Shown here one piece after another: positions 20,408-29,857 of a stretch of DNA of 64,000 bases. A model generated the notes under the pieces. That model did no database searches. It was not told the DNA's origin and saw nothing but the letters and a program-made list of their open reading frames with translations. The number at the start of each line of letters is the position of its first letter. Position 1 is the first letter of the stretch. The stretch covers positions 1 through 64,000 of the forward strand of contig JBDLRP010000026.1 of the NCBI GenBank assembly GCA_039799905.1, given 5' to 3'. The stretch is from Pseudomonadota bacterium. GTDB taxonomy: Bacteria; Bdellovibrionota_B; Oligoflexia; Silvanigrellales; Silvanigrellaceae. The translations under genes were made by a program, and so were the position numbers.

Positions 20408-20474
20408 AAAAAAGCCTCTCTGGCTAAAGCCGCTCGCTTCAGGCACGGCTGACAGCCTCAGAGAGGTTTTTTTT
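20408..20474 (+). terminator. Long intrinsic-terminator-like hairpin after secA
   Basis: aaaaaagcctctctg...cagagaggtttttttt with inner stem agccg/cggct. Confidence 0.7.
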
Positions 20475-22175
20475 ATGTCGTGTCTTGTCCGATCCGCTGT
20501 TTGTCTTGGAATGACCGTGCATCCTGTCACAATTGAAGCCGCGCTTGGCAACGGTTTTTCAGGGGTCCAACTGATTGGTGTTCCGCAGGAGTATGCACGT
20601 GATGCGCGCGAGCGGATCAGGGCCGCTCTGGAATCTGTCGGCTGCCCTCTGCCAGCGCGCCGTTTGGTCGTTTCTTTTCGCCCAGTCGAGGTGTTGCGCA
20701 ACTTTCGTTCCGGGTTGGAACATCTCGACCTGCCCTGCGCCATCGCCATTCTTGCAGCGCTTGCGGACCAATCCAGCGTCCCACAGAAGCTCCGTTCGCA
20801 GTTGAGCTCCTTGGCTGCCGCGATACGCGACGATGAGCACCTGTTTGCGGGCCAGCTGACGCTCGCGGGCGAACTTCTTCCGCCGCAGCAATCACTCCCT
20901 TTTGAACTTATTGCACTTGGACAATCCAGTCGCACTCCGCTCTTCTGGTCCAACATCGAACTTCAACACGTTCGCCGCAGGTCTCAGCAATCGTTTGTCC
21001 GCGTCAAGACACTGCGCGAATGCACGGAGCGGCTCATCGCGTGCGACACTATTAATCAGCAAGCAGACGTGTTCACCGAGACACCTGCCATGACCACCCC
21101 TTTGAGCCAAACTCCTCGGGGCATAAGTGACAACAACGACGGAGCCGCGCACTTCTTCGACAAGTTTGTCCACACACCCGTTCTGGCCGTCACCCTCGCA
21201 CTGGCTTGCGCGGGAAGGCACCACATCCTACTGGCGGGCTCGCCCGGATGCGGCAAAACTTTTGCACTGAGACACTTCAAACATCTTCTTCCGCCACTCA
21301 ATTCCCGCCAGCAGCTTGAAGTCGCGCTCATCCATCAGAAAGACATCGACGCGACCGCCGAAAGACCCTACCGCCATCCGCACCACAGTGCCTCGGCTGC
21401 AGCATTACTCGGCGGCTCACTTTTGCAACCAGGAGAGGTTTCGCTCGCACACCATGGGGTTCTATTCCTCGATGAACTCAGTGAATTTCCACGCCCTGCC
21501 CTCGAAGCCTTGCGCGAGCCTCTCGACGAAAAGAAAATCACCTTGTCACGCTCGCGTGGAAGGGTCGAATTACCCGCAGATTTTCTTCTGACCGCCGCAA
21601 CAAACCCGTGTGCGTGCGGCTACTTTTTTTCCAAGCAGCAGAGCTGCCGATGTGTCGGCAACAGCGCCATCAAATATCAACAAAAACTCAGCGGCCCGCT
21701 TCTCGAACGTTTTCCGATTTTATTGCTGATGGATCATCTTCAGCCGCACAACGGCGCAGGTGTCCACACGTCGACTGCCGCACTCTGCCAGTTTGCCGAG
21801 GAATGGGCCGAGCGATTTCAAGACGACCCTAAACACTGGAATGACCACTTCATCCGCGTGCGCGATACATCTTGGACCTGCCAAACAGACAGGAAGCATT
21901 CACCGCTTGCGAAGGAACTTGTCGAAATCGTTAAATCACGCGCAGAACGGCAGCAAAAGAGTGCGCGGGTACAAAGCCTTTTGGGCGCCGTGACAATGAC
22001 AGCCTGTGAACTGTTTCCTGACATTGTGAAATCTTGGGATGCCGACAAATTCGCTCAAGCAATTGAACAACTCCGAGATCTTGAGGCATCACTAAGACAA
22101 GGTGTCAGCCTCATGACACCATTTACAGCCGAGCATATCCTCAAGGAATCCAACCGGCGAAACGATACACTCTGA
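20475..22175 (+). CDS. comM: YifB/ComM Mg-chelatase-related AAA+ ATPase
   Basis: ARERIRAAL, DLPCAIAIL, GSPGCGKT, RHPHHSAS, GEVSLAHHGVLFLDE and NPCACG motifs. Confidence 0.85.
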   Translation: MSCLVRSAVCLGMTVHPVTIEAALGNGFSGVQLIGVPQEYARDARERIRAALESVGCPLPARRLVVSFRPVEVLRNFRSGLEHLDLPCAIAILAALADQSSVPQKLRSQLSSLAAAIRDDEHLFAGQLTLAGELLPPQQSLPFELIALGQSSRTPLFWSNIELQHVRRRSQQSFVRVKTLRECTERLIACDTINQQADVFTETPAMTTPLSQTPRGISDNNDGAAHFFDKFVHTPVLAVTLALACAGRHHILLAGSPGCGKTFALRHFKHLLPPLNSRQQLEVALIHQKDIDATAERPYRHPHHSASAAALLGGSLLQPGEVSLAHHGVLFLDELSEFPRPALEALREPLDEKKITLSRSRGRVELPADFLLTAATNPCACGYFFSKQQSCRCVGNSAIKYQQKLSGPLLERFPILLLMDHLQPHNGAGVHTSTAALCQFAEEWAERFQDDPKHWNDHFIRVRDTSWTCQTDRKHSPLAKELVEIVKSRAERQQKSARVQSLLGAVTMTACELFPDIVKSWDADKFAQAIEQLRDLEASLRQGVSLMTPFTAEHILKESNRRNDTL

Positions 22176-22212
22176 GACGTGGCAGTAGCTTATTTTCAGG
22201 GGGTAGTAATCC

Positions 22213-22581
22213 ATGGCAAAAACCATTCTGGTGGTCGACGACGCGCAAACAATCCGTCACCTGACCCGATTTGCATTAAGTAAAGGCGGGTTCACGGTGC
22301 TCGAGGCCGAAGATGGTGTGCAAGGGCTACGTGCGCTTGAAAGTGCCAGCGTCGACCTCATCATCTCTGACCTCAACATGCCGAATATGAATGGCCTTGA
22401 TATGTGCAGGGCGATTAAAGCGAACGAACGGACCAAACACATTCCCATCTTCATGCTGACAACTGAATCGAGTCAGGAAGTAGCATTGCAGGGCAAAGAG
22501 ATTGGCATTATGGCTTGGATCGTTAAACCTTTTATTCCGGACAAACTGCTCGCTGCTGTGCAGAAGGTTGTCGGAGGCTGA
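22213..22581 (+). CDS. cheY: CheY-like single-domain response regulator
   Basis: ILVVDD, SDLNMPNMNG, MLTTES and WIVKPF motifs. Confidence 0.85.
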   Translation: MAKTILVVDDAQTIRHLTRFALSKGGFTVLEAEDGVQGLRALESASVDLIISDLNMPNMNGLDMCRAIKANERTKHIPIFMLTTESSQEVALQGKEIGIMAWIVKPFIPDKLLAAVQKVVGG

Positions 22582-22613
22582 ACGCATCGGCGGGCCTTCC
22601 GCAGCAAAAATCG

Positions 22614-22639
22614 GGGGCCGGCAGGCCCCATTTTTTTTT
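22614..22639 (+). terminator. Intrinsic terminator after cheY
   Basis: ggggcc-ggca-ggcccc followed by a T9 run. Confidence 0.8.
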
Positions 22640-22650
22640 AACGAGGCTTC

Positions 22651-24333
22651 ATGGCGACGACCATCGCGCAAAAATTCAGAAACGTCGGACGTCTCAGCCA
22701 AATCGTCAACATTCTTGGACGCTACGGCTTCAGCAAAGAATTGCGCGACACCGAACTGGCTTCATTTGTCACCGAAACCGAAGGAATGCAGGAATCGAGC
22801 GAAAAGGAGGGCAAACTCAAGAGCGAACTGTCGGGAGCTAAACGACTTGCACTTGCCTTTGAGGAACTCGGGCCTACGTTCGTAAAACTCGGTCAAATTC
22901 TCGCTTCGCGCGAGGATGTTTTGCCTAAGGACGTCATCGTACAGCTGCGCCGTCTGCAGGACAGAGCCAAACCGGTGCCCTATGAAGTTGTATTGAAAAT
23001 TCTTGATGCCGAATACCGCGGTAAAACAAAGGAACACTTTGAATCGATTGTACCGCAGCCACTCGGTTCTGCGAGCATCGGACAAGTCCACAAGGCACGC
23101 TTGCATGACGGTCGTGAGGTCGTGCTCAAAATTCAACGTCCTGAAATTGAATCCGTGATCAAGACGGACCTGTCGATTCTCGCGGGACTCGCATCCGTTC
23201 TTGAGAGCGCAATTCCGGAAATACGTCTTTTGCGTCCGAGTGTGGTTGTTGAAGAATTACGAAAATCACTGATTGCCGAATTGGACTACTTTCGTGAAGC
23301 CGCAAATACCGAGCGCATGCGGTCTTTCTTTGCTGACGATGAAACAATCTACATTCCCGAAATACTCCGTCAGTTCAGCACACGAAACGTACTTTGCATG
23401 GAGGCCATCGCGGGTCAGAAACTCACTCAACTGGGACGCGACAGCTCGCACAATCATCTTGTCTCGCACGGGGTTCGCGCCTTTCTCGACATGACGTTCA
23501 AACATGGAATGTTTCATGCGGACCTTCACCCGGGCAACTTTATCCTTATGGAGAGCGGCAGGCTCGCAATTCTCGACTTCGGACTGACCGCCCGACTCAC
23601 CCGCGAAATGCGCGTGACGATGACCTATCTGTTTGTTGCGCTGGTCAACGAAGACGTCGAAACATTTGCGCGTCTGTTCATCGAATTAACCGAGGCCCGC
23701 GGCGACGTCGATCGCAAGAGTCTCGAAGACAAGGTACTCGAGAAAGTCGATCACGCGTTCAGCCTGCCGCTGCGCGATTTGCAGCTTGGCAAATTACTCA
23801 TGCAGATTGCTCGAATTGCGGCATCCCACAATGCACCCGTGAGCCGCGATCTTGTTCTGTTCTTTCGCGGCCTGATTGCACTCGAAAGCTTTGGCCGCAG
23901 CCTAGATCCTGAGTTCGAGGTTCTGCGCGAAACTGCCGACTACGCGAAGTCATTTTCACAAGGCGCGCTCGCACGCAGCTTGTTCCAGCAGGACTCCCTC
24001 TTGATGGTGCGCGACTCTCAGGCGCTCATTCGTGAACTGCCGTTTACGTTGCGCATTCTGACCAAACGTCTCCAGCAGGGCGACCTTGCGGCGACGCTGG
24101 AGTCACCCGACGTCAAACATCTCTCGCAGGAGATTGAACGTGCGGGTCAACGGCTCAGTCTTGCACTTATTTTAGGCGCTCTTGTTCTTGGCAGCAGTCT
24201 ACTGACCTTCAACCGCAAGGGACCTTTGTTCGATTCTTTAGCAACTTTCGGATTGCTTGGCTTTGGAGTTGCAGCCTTGGTCGGCCTGTGGCTTATTGTC
24301 GCCATTCTCAAATCCGGAAGGCAATCTGACTGA
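22651..24333 (+). CDS. ubiB: UbiB/ABC1-family atypical kinase
   Basis: ELGPTFVKLGQ, SASIGQVH, VLKIQRP, FHADLHPGN and LDFGL motifs; two C-terminal TMs. Confidence 0.88.
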   Translation: MATTIAQKFRNVGRLSQIVNILGRYGFSKELRDTELASFVTETEGMQESSEKEGKLKSELSGAKRLALAFEELGPTFVKLGQILASREDVLPKDVIVQLRRLQDRAKPVPYEVVLKILDAEYRGKTKEHFESIVPQPLGSASIGQVHKARLHDGREVVLKIQRPEIESVIKTDLSILAGLASVLESAIPEIRLLRPSVVVEELRKSLIAELDYFREAANTERMRSFFADDETIYIPEILRQFSTRNVLCMEAIAGQKLTQLGRDSSHNHLVSHGVRAFLDMTFKHGMFHADLHPGNFILMESGRLAILDFGLTARLTREMRVTMTYLFVALVNEDVETFARLFIELTEARGDVDRKSLEDKVLEKVDHAFSLPLRDLQLGKLLMQIARIAASHNAPVSRDLVLFFRGLIALESFGRSLDPEFEVLRETADYAKSFSQGALARSLFQQDSLLMVRDSQALIRELPFTLRILTKRLQQGDLAATLESPDVKHLSQEIERAGQRLSLALILGALVLGSSLLTFNRKGPLFDSLATFGLLGFGVAALVGLWLIVAILKSGRQSD

Positions 24334-24764
24334 TGATCACTCGGTCACATTTTTCGGTCGACCTATGGTTTATTTTCGGCTCGTTTTGTTACGGAGCCGA
24401 GGCCTGCCTTGTTGGCTGTCATCCGGATCACCTCAAATTGAAAATTTGCCCACCCTCACCCGCAGCCCTCAGCGAAATGCAGTCTTTCTTTGATTCCATC
24501 AATGAAAAGGCAAAGGCATTGGTCCGCACCGAAGTGCGCTTGTTCGTGAACACCAAACCCGAACAACCCGGCGAAGACTGGGCCGATGAACTGGTCGCAA
24601 CCCTGATGACGGAACTCAAGCCTCGAATTCTATCTGCAGAATCCTTGGGCGGTACTCCCGCAGCTCTTCATCTGGAGCTTCCAGATGTCCGTGGCCTGAC
24701 ACCTGTCGATCAGGATGCATGGAACAATCTTGTCGCAGAGATATGGCCCCAGCTTCCGGCCTGA
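24333..24764 (+). CDS. Hypothetical protein
   Basis: Start overlaps the ubiB stop (TGATG); protein-like composition. Confidence 0.6.
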   Translation: MITRSHFSVDLWFIFGSFCYGAEACLVGCHPDHLKLKICPPSPAALSEMQSFFDSINEKAKALVRTEVRLFVNTKPEQPGEDWADELVATLMTELKPRILSAESLGGTPAALHLELPDVRGLTPVDQDAWNNLVAEIWPQLPA

Positions 24765-24801
24765 TGTATCGTCTAAGGAAACAAAACACACGAGGTGCAC
24801 T

Positions 24802-25236
24802 GTGCGGACGGGAGCAGCAGTTCGAAGGTGGGCGAAATGCCTTTTCCTCAGCTTTTACTTTTTTCCAGTGCTGTTCTCTGCAACTGCTTTTTCTGCTGCA
24901 AAGGTAAAGCCCGATTTGCCTATCGGCGAGGAAATTGAAAAGGCCTCTGCTCCGCAGGGAGAAGAAGCAGACCCCCACGCGTCAGCTCCCGCACAACATG
25001 GTGAAAGCCCGTCTGACAAATCATCATCATCTGCACCTGCAAACCACTCCTCTGCAGAAGAGAAGGCTCTTGGCGAGGAGCATCTTCCGGCATCCGCCAG
25101 CGGCGAGGAAGCAGCCAGCAAAAGCAAGCTGCTCGAGGGCAAAGTCGACCCAGCGGCTCCGGCACAGGGTAAAGGTTTTATTTGGTTTGCAGCAGTGTTT
25201 ATCCTGCTCGCCCTCGCCATCTTCATTTTTACCTGA
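24802..25236 (+). CDS. Hypothetical exported low-complexity protein with C-terminal TM anchor
   Basis: RBS GAGG before GTG; signal-like segment, A/S/E/P-rich core, terminal FIWFAAVFILLALAIFIFT. Confidence 0.6.
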   Translation: MRTGAAVRRWAKCLFLSFYFFPVLFSATAFSAAKVKPDLPIGEEIEKASAPQGEEADPHASAPAQHGESPSDKSSSSAPANHSSAEEKALGEEHLPASASGEEAASKSKLLEGKVDPAAPAQGKGFIWFAAVFILLALAIFIFT

Positions 25237-25287
25237 TTGATTTTGAGTAGACCTGAACATTTTCACTTCAAATTTTGGAGGCTCACA

Positions 25288-26052
25288 GTGAATCATTCTT
25301 TCGTTCTAGTTTCTGTTTTTGCAGCGCTCGGATTTTCTGCATCTGCTCTTGCGGCAAAGCCCGCCAAAAAATCTGCTGCAACTCCAGCCCCGACAGCGAC
25401 AGCTGCCGCCACACCGGCAGCACCGCAGGTTTGGGACTTCGCTGTGAAGCAAGATGATTCGGTGTTTGCAATTGTCACCCACAAAACCGGTCTTGCGGCC
25501 AAACTTGCGCACAACCACCTCATCGCAGCTCGTCAGGTCAGCGCTACAATCACCGCCGATCCAACACAACTCAACACCGGCAAATTCAGTTTCACTGCAA
25601 AGGTCAAGGAATTGGAATTTGACCGTGCAGACCTGCAAAAACGTTGGTATCCGACAATTCAAGCGCTCGGCTGGCTGAACGAACCCTTTGCGACACTGAA
25701 AGATTCTGATCGCGAAACAATCCGCGAACACGGTCTTGCGGACGATCAGCTGAATGCTGAAAAGTTTTCTGAAGTTCAAGCCCGCCTCGAGAGCCTGACC
25801 GACGCACCCAGCAAAGTTGGTGCAAAGAGTTTCGCAAAGAAGGCGAGCGTCGCAGTCACCATTCACGGTCAGACAGTCAAACGCGATTTCCCAGCCAACG
25901 TAACACTGCAGGGACAAGAATTGACAGTTGAAGCAGTCGCGGATTTCAAGTTCACTGAATTTGGCATCAAGCCCTACAAGGCACTGATGGGTGCGCTGGG
26001 CAATGAAGACAAATTCAACATGCTTGTCAGCTTCAGAGCAACGAAGAAATGA
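25288..26052 (+). CDS. YceI-family periplasmic protein
   Basis: RBS GGAGG; signal peptide; LAHNHLI, QLNAEKF, VTIHGQT and TEFGIKP motifs. Confidence 0.75.
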   Translation: MNHSFVLVSVFAALGFSASALAAKPAKKSAATPAPTATAAATPAAPQVWDFAVKQDDSVFAIVTHKTGLAAKLAHNHLIAARQVSATITADPTQLNTGKFSFTAKVKELEFDRADLQKRWYPTIQALGWLNEPFATLKDSDRETIREHGLADDQLNAEKFSEVQARLESLTDAPSKVGAKSFAKKASVAVTIHGQTVKRDFPANVTLQGQELTVEAVADFKFTEFGIKPYKALMGALGNEDKFNMLVSFRATKK

Positions 26053-26402
26053 ACGCTGTAACGGAAACCATCTTCGATAGAATCCTGAGGGGAGAAATCC
26101 CCTGCAAGAAAGTATACGAAGACGAACACACACTTGCGTTTCATGACATTGCTCCGCAGGCACCGGTGCACGTCCTGATCATTCCCAAGACAAAGATCGT
26201 CAACGTTGCAGGTGCTGCGGAAGCACATGCTCTTCAACTTGGACGTGTGCTCCTTTCGGCTGCTCAGGTCGCCCGCCAGCTGGGCGTGGAACAAAGCGGA
26301 TACAGACTGGTCTTCAACAACGGCAAAGACGGAGGCCAGTCGGTTGACTATCTGCACTGCCATCTTTTGGCAGGCAGGCCACTCGAATGGCCTCCGGGTT
26401 GA
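26049..26402 (+). CDS. HIT-family nucleotide hydrolase (HinT-like)
   Basis: TIFDRILRGEIP, AFHDIAPQAPVHVLIIPK, GQSVDYLHCHLLAGR. Confidence 0.92.
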   Translation: MNAVTETIFDRILRGEIPCKKVYEDEHTLAFHDIAPQAPVHVLIIPKTKIVNVAGAAEAHALQLGRVLLSAAQVARQLGVEQSGYRLVFNNGKDGGQSVDYLHCHLLAGRPLEWPPG

Positions 26403-26414
26403 ACCGGAAGACGG

Positions 26415-28034
26415 ATGAATATAGAAAATAAAAGCGAATCGCGTCCCTTTATCATTGTCGGTGCCGGTGCCGCGGGCACAGCCGCGGCCAAGTGCTTTGC
26501 AGCTGCCGGTCTTGCCGGCCGCGCAATTCTCCTTGAACAGCATTCCGAGCCAGGTGGAAGCGCCGGTTATTTTTCTCGCGGCATGCCCAAAAGAACATTC
26601 GATGCCGGCGCAACACAGCTGATTGAATGTGAATCGGGACAAATCCAAAACATCATCTACACGCTTGCAGCAAGCGACAATCAGGCATCCCCTGAAGATC
26701 TCTTTGAGAGGATCCCGACAATCACCCAGCACTGGGAAGACGGCGGGATCAAGATCACCCTGCATGCGGACGGCCGCGTCAGTTGGAATGGCCCGCGTCA
26801 GCCGGATGAACACGAAACAGCAGAAATGGAGCGGCTTGAAAAATTCATCGCCGCATGTCACTCAGAGGCCGGTTGGATGTGGTCTTTGCTTCGACAGATT
26901 CCACGTTTTCCGCTGCAGGGTGTGATGGACGTCGTGCGGGCCCTTGCTGTTTTTCTTAAGGTTCCATTTTTGAAAAAATGTACCTTTCCCGTGCTTTGGC
27001 TGCTCAGCTGCCGGCAAATGATGACATTCTACGGAATCAAAAAAGGTAGTCTTGCCGACGACGTGCTGAGCGGTCTTCTCGTCGACACGACGCAAAATTC
27101 TCCTGAGAAATCTCCCTGGCTCGCGTCGGCGATGGGAATTTCTATCCTGCGCAGAGGAATTTTCCGCTGCCGCAAGGGCATGCGTTCTTATTTTCGTCCG
27201 ATGCTGAATTCCTTCATAGAACGTGGCGGAACTTACAAGCCGCATCAGGCCGTGCGCCGAATCGAAACTGTTGCGGCCGGATTTCGCGTGACGTTTGAAG
27301 ACACCAAGAATCACACGACAACTGCCGTGGAAACCGATCAATCGGTTCTGCTCAATTTGACATTGGCAGACATCACCGGCGGACTTGTTCCGGAAAATGA
27401 TCCATTGCGAAAGACGAAAGTATTTCGCCGCTGGACACGCATTGCCGCCCGTGAAAAGTGTTGGGGGGCCTTTGCTCTTTATGCTCTGGTGGAAGACAAG
27501 CCGGAGTGGCCCGACGCTCCCCACTACCATCAAATGTTTGCGCGCCGGAGCGATCCGTACGAACTGCAAAGTTCTCTGTACGTCTCTATTCCCGCCCGCA
27601 ACGACCCAGCCCAACCAGTTGGTTTTCGCATTCTGACGGCGACAATTCACTTGAACGAAACAAACGTGTCGCCACAGCAGCGGCTGCAGTGGCAAGAAAT
27701 ACTGTCCTCGCGCATCGAAACCAATCTTGCTGTCCGCCTGTCTCATACAGAATCTGCTGTTCCTGAAACTTTCGCGCGCTACACCGGAAGGCGTTCAGGT
27801 TTGGTGGGAGGCTTCCCGCTCAGATTCGGCAACTTTCTATTTTTTGCAAATCCTTCGACGCTCAGTCATCCGCAAATTCCCGACTGCAAACTCATTTTGA
27901 TGGGCGACAATGTTTTTCCAGGTCAGGGGGTAGTCGCCTGCTGCGTCAGCGGGATTATCGCCTTTGAGCGCGCCACGAAACTGACATTCCGCAAAATTCT
28001 CGCCCGAGTTCTGCCCGCAGTATACGGCCGATGA
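26415..28034 (+). CDS. FAD-dependent oxidoreductase, phytoene-desaturase superfamily (CrtD-like)
   Basis: GAGAAG dinucleotide fold; FDAGATQ, PETFARYTGR..GLVGG and GDNVFPGQG motifs. Confidence 0.75.
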   Translation: MNIENKSESRPFIIVGAGAAGTAAAKCFAAAGLAGRAILLEQHSEPGGSAGYFSRGMPKRTFDAGATQLIECESGQIQNIIYTLAASDNQASPEDLFERIPTITQHWEDGGIKITLHADGRVSWNGPRQPDEHETAEMERLEKFIAACHSEAGWMWSLLRQIPRFPLQGVMDVVRALAVFLKVPFLKKCTFPVLWLLSCRQMMTFYGIKKGSLADDVLSGLLVDTTQNSPEKSPWLASAMGISILRRGIFRCRKGMRSYFRPMLNSFIERGGTYKPHQAVRRIETVAAGFRVTFEDTKNHTTTAVETDQSVLLNLTLADITGGLVPENDPLRKTKVFRRWTRIAAREKCWGAFALYALVEDKPEWPDAPHYHQMFARRSDPYELQSSLYVSIPARNDPAQPVGFRILTATIHLNETNVSPQQRLQWQEILSSRIETNLAVRLSHTESAVPETFARYTGRRSGLVGGFPLRFGNFLFFANPSTLSHPQIPDCKLILMGDNVFPGQGVVACCVSGIIAFERATKLTFRKILARVLPAVYGR

Positions 28035-28047
28035 TAAAACTGACTTC

Positions 28048-28443
28048 ATGATGCGCATGGATTTAACCCGCGACCGTGGCCGCGGTATGTTTGCAACAAT
28101 GGACATCGCTGAAGGAACGGTGATTGAAGATGCACCGGTGATTGTCGTTCCCGCAGATCAACTCGCAGCAATCAAAAGCACTGTCCTGTTTGAGTACTTC
28201 TTTCAATGGAAAACAGACGGACGTGAGGGGTGTGCCATCTGTCTTGGCTTCGGCTCTATTTACAATCATTCGTCCACCTCTGCCAATGCGCGCTATGTCA
28301 GGCTCTACGCCGAAAACAAGATCCGCTTTATCGCCATTCGCAATATCCGCGCCGGCGAAGAGATTCTCACAAACTACAACGGGGACGCCGAATACCGGCA
28401 TCCCCTATGGTTTGAAGAAAACAGAAGCGCAATCGCCTCTTAA
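28048..28443 (+). CDS. SET-domain protein-lysine methyltransferase
   Basis: GRGMFA, YNHS..NA and IRAGEEILTNY motifs. Confidence 0.88.
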   Translation: MMRMDLTRDRGRGMFATMDIAEGTVIEDAPVIVVPADQLAAIKSTVLFEYFFQWKTDGREGCAICLGFGSIYNHSSTSANARYVRLYAENKIRFIAIRNIRAGEEILTNYNGDAEYRHPLWFEENRSAIAS

Positions 28444-29759
28444 AGGCGCTCGGTGCATTCCAGCTTTTTGAGCTCTTTGTCGAACTTGCCCGTTTCATCC
28501 GGCAGTGGAATTGCAATTTCACCGACCACCGGAACACCTTTGACCACCACGCGCTTGGGCTCGATATCCACTCGCCGCAGATTGAACGAAATGGGAATGC
28601 CAACTCTGGCCTTGATGTTGATGCCAAAGAGGTCGACCTGAGCATGCGACTTGTCATTTGTGTAGGCATTCTGCACGCCAAAACGCCGATCGAGTGTCAA
28701 TTCAATCGGCGGAGTTCCGCTCATTTCAATACGGCACATGACCGACGCCGCGCGCTCAAGATTCACCTGCGCAAGAGCTGTGTTGGTGACTGGAGCTTTC
28801 ATCTCGAGAGAACCCAATGCGTCCGTCAGTTTGGTAATTGCAGGAAGGACTTTTGCATCGTCAACGAAGACCGGAAGACTGCGCGCCGCTGTATCAAAAA
28901 AGGCCGAGTTCAGTTTCACATTGCGGCCTTGGGAAAAAACAAGATTGCGAATTTCCGTCACGCTTCTCAGCAGAGGCTCGCGTTTGAATTCAGAGAACTT
29001 CTCCCAGCGCACAGGCACGTCACGGATAAAGAAACCGTCTGGCACATGGGTGACGGCAATGTTTGAGCCGCTCCATGTGGTTTTGTCCTGATCGTTATAT
29101 CCCAGACGCCCAAATACGTCGGTTTCGAGTGAATTGGCCGCAGAGAACCAAAGTCCGCCAAACAAGTAGGAACCCGTCTCTCCAACCGACACTTGTCCCT
29201 GATTGCCGAATGTCCACTTCATGCCGCTCCGTCCGCGCACGGTTCCAGCCCTGTCGTTCATCCCAAGTCGCGCATCAAACCGGATTTGTCCCTGCGGATC
29301 GATGGCAACCTTCTTGAGTCCGCTTCGGCTGATGACTTCGAGCACGTCGCCGTAGACTTCCTGCCAACCAATCTGGGTCATCAAGATTCGAGTCTTGGCC
29401 GAGGTCAACTCCGAGTCTTCAACAGAGAAGTTTGATCCCGAAACAATGAAACGATCGAACAGCTTGGCAATTGCCTGCCACTGTTGAAGTTCCTTGCTTT
29501 CTGATTGCCACTCTTCTTGCGAATCTAACGACTTGCTATCGTCACTGGGGCAGGTGAGTCCCCACCGCTCGCACCACTGAACGAAAGTAATCTTTTCAAT
29601 CTCTGTCAGTTCCGACTGTGACTGAAATGAGTTCAACTCCGAAAGGCGGTTCGAATCACTTGCTTCATCACGCGCACAGGATGCAGCCAAACAAAGTAAC
29701 ACTGCTGAAGGCAGTGCGATTCCCAGCTTCGATTTCAACGACGTGGTCTGCGTGATCAT
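28440..29759 (-). CDS. Hypothetical lipoprotein
   Basis: RBS GGAGGG; lipobox AASC. Confidence 0.75.
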   Translation of the reverse strand: MITQTTSLKSKLGIALPSAVLLCLAASCARDEASDSNRLSELNSFQSQSELTEIEKITFVQWCERWGLTCPSDDSKSLDSQEEWQSESKELQQWQAIAKLFDRFIVSGSNFSVEDSELTSAKTRILMTQIGWQEVYGDVLEVISRSGLKKVAIDPQGQIRFDARLGMNDRAGTVRGRSGMKWTFGNQGQVSVGETGSYLFGGLWFSAANSLETDVFGRLGYNDQDKTTWSGSNIAVTHVPDGFFIRDVPVRWEKFSEFKREPLLRSVTEIRNLVFSQGRNVKLNSAFFDTAARSLPVFVDDAKVLPAITKLTDALGSLEMKAPVTNTALAQVNLERAASVMCRIEMSGTPPIELTLDRRFGVQNAYTNDKSHAQVDLFGINIKARVGIPISFNLRRVDIEPKRVVVKGVPVVGEIAIPLPDETGKFDKELKKLECTERL

Positions 29760-29857
29760 GAAAGTCCCTCCATACTCTTCCCAAAGAGTACAGCGGGACT
29801 GTTGCCGCAACATCTGCGGCCGACTGAAGGTCGCTAAACTGGGCTAAATTTGCCGGT

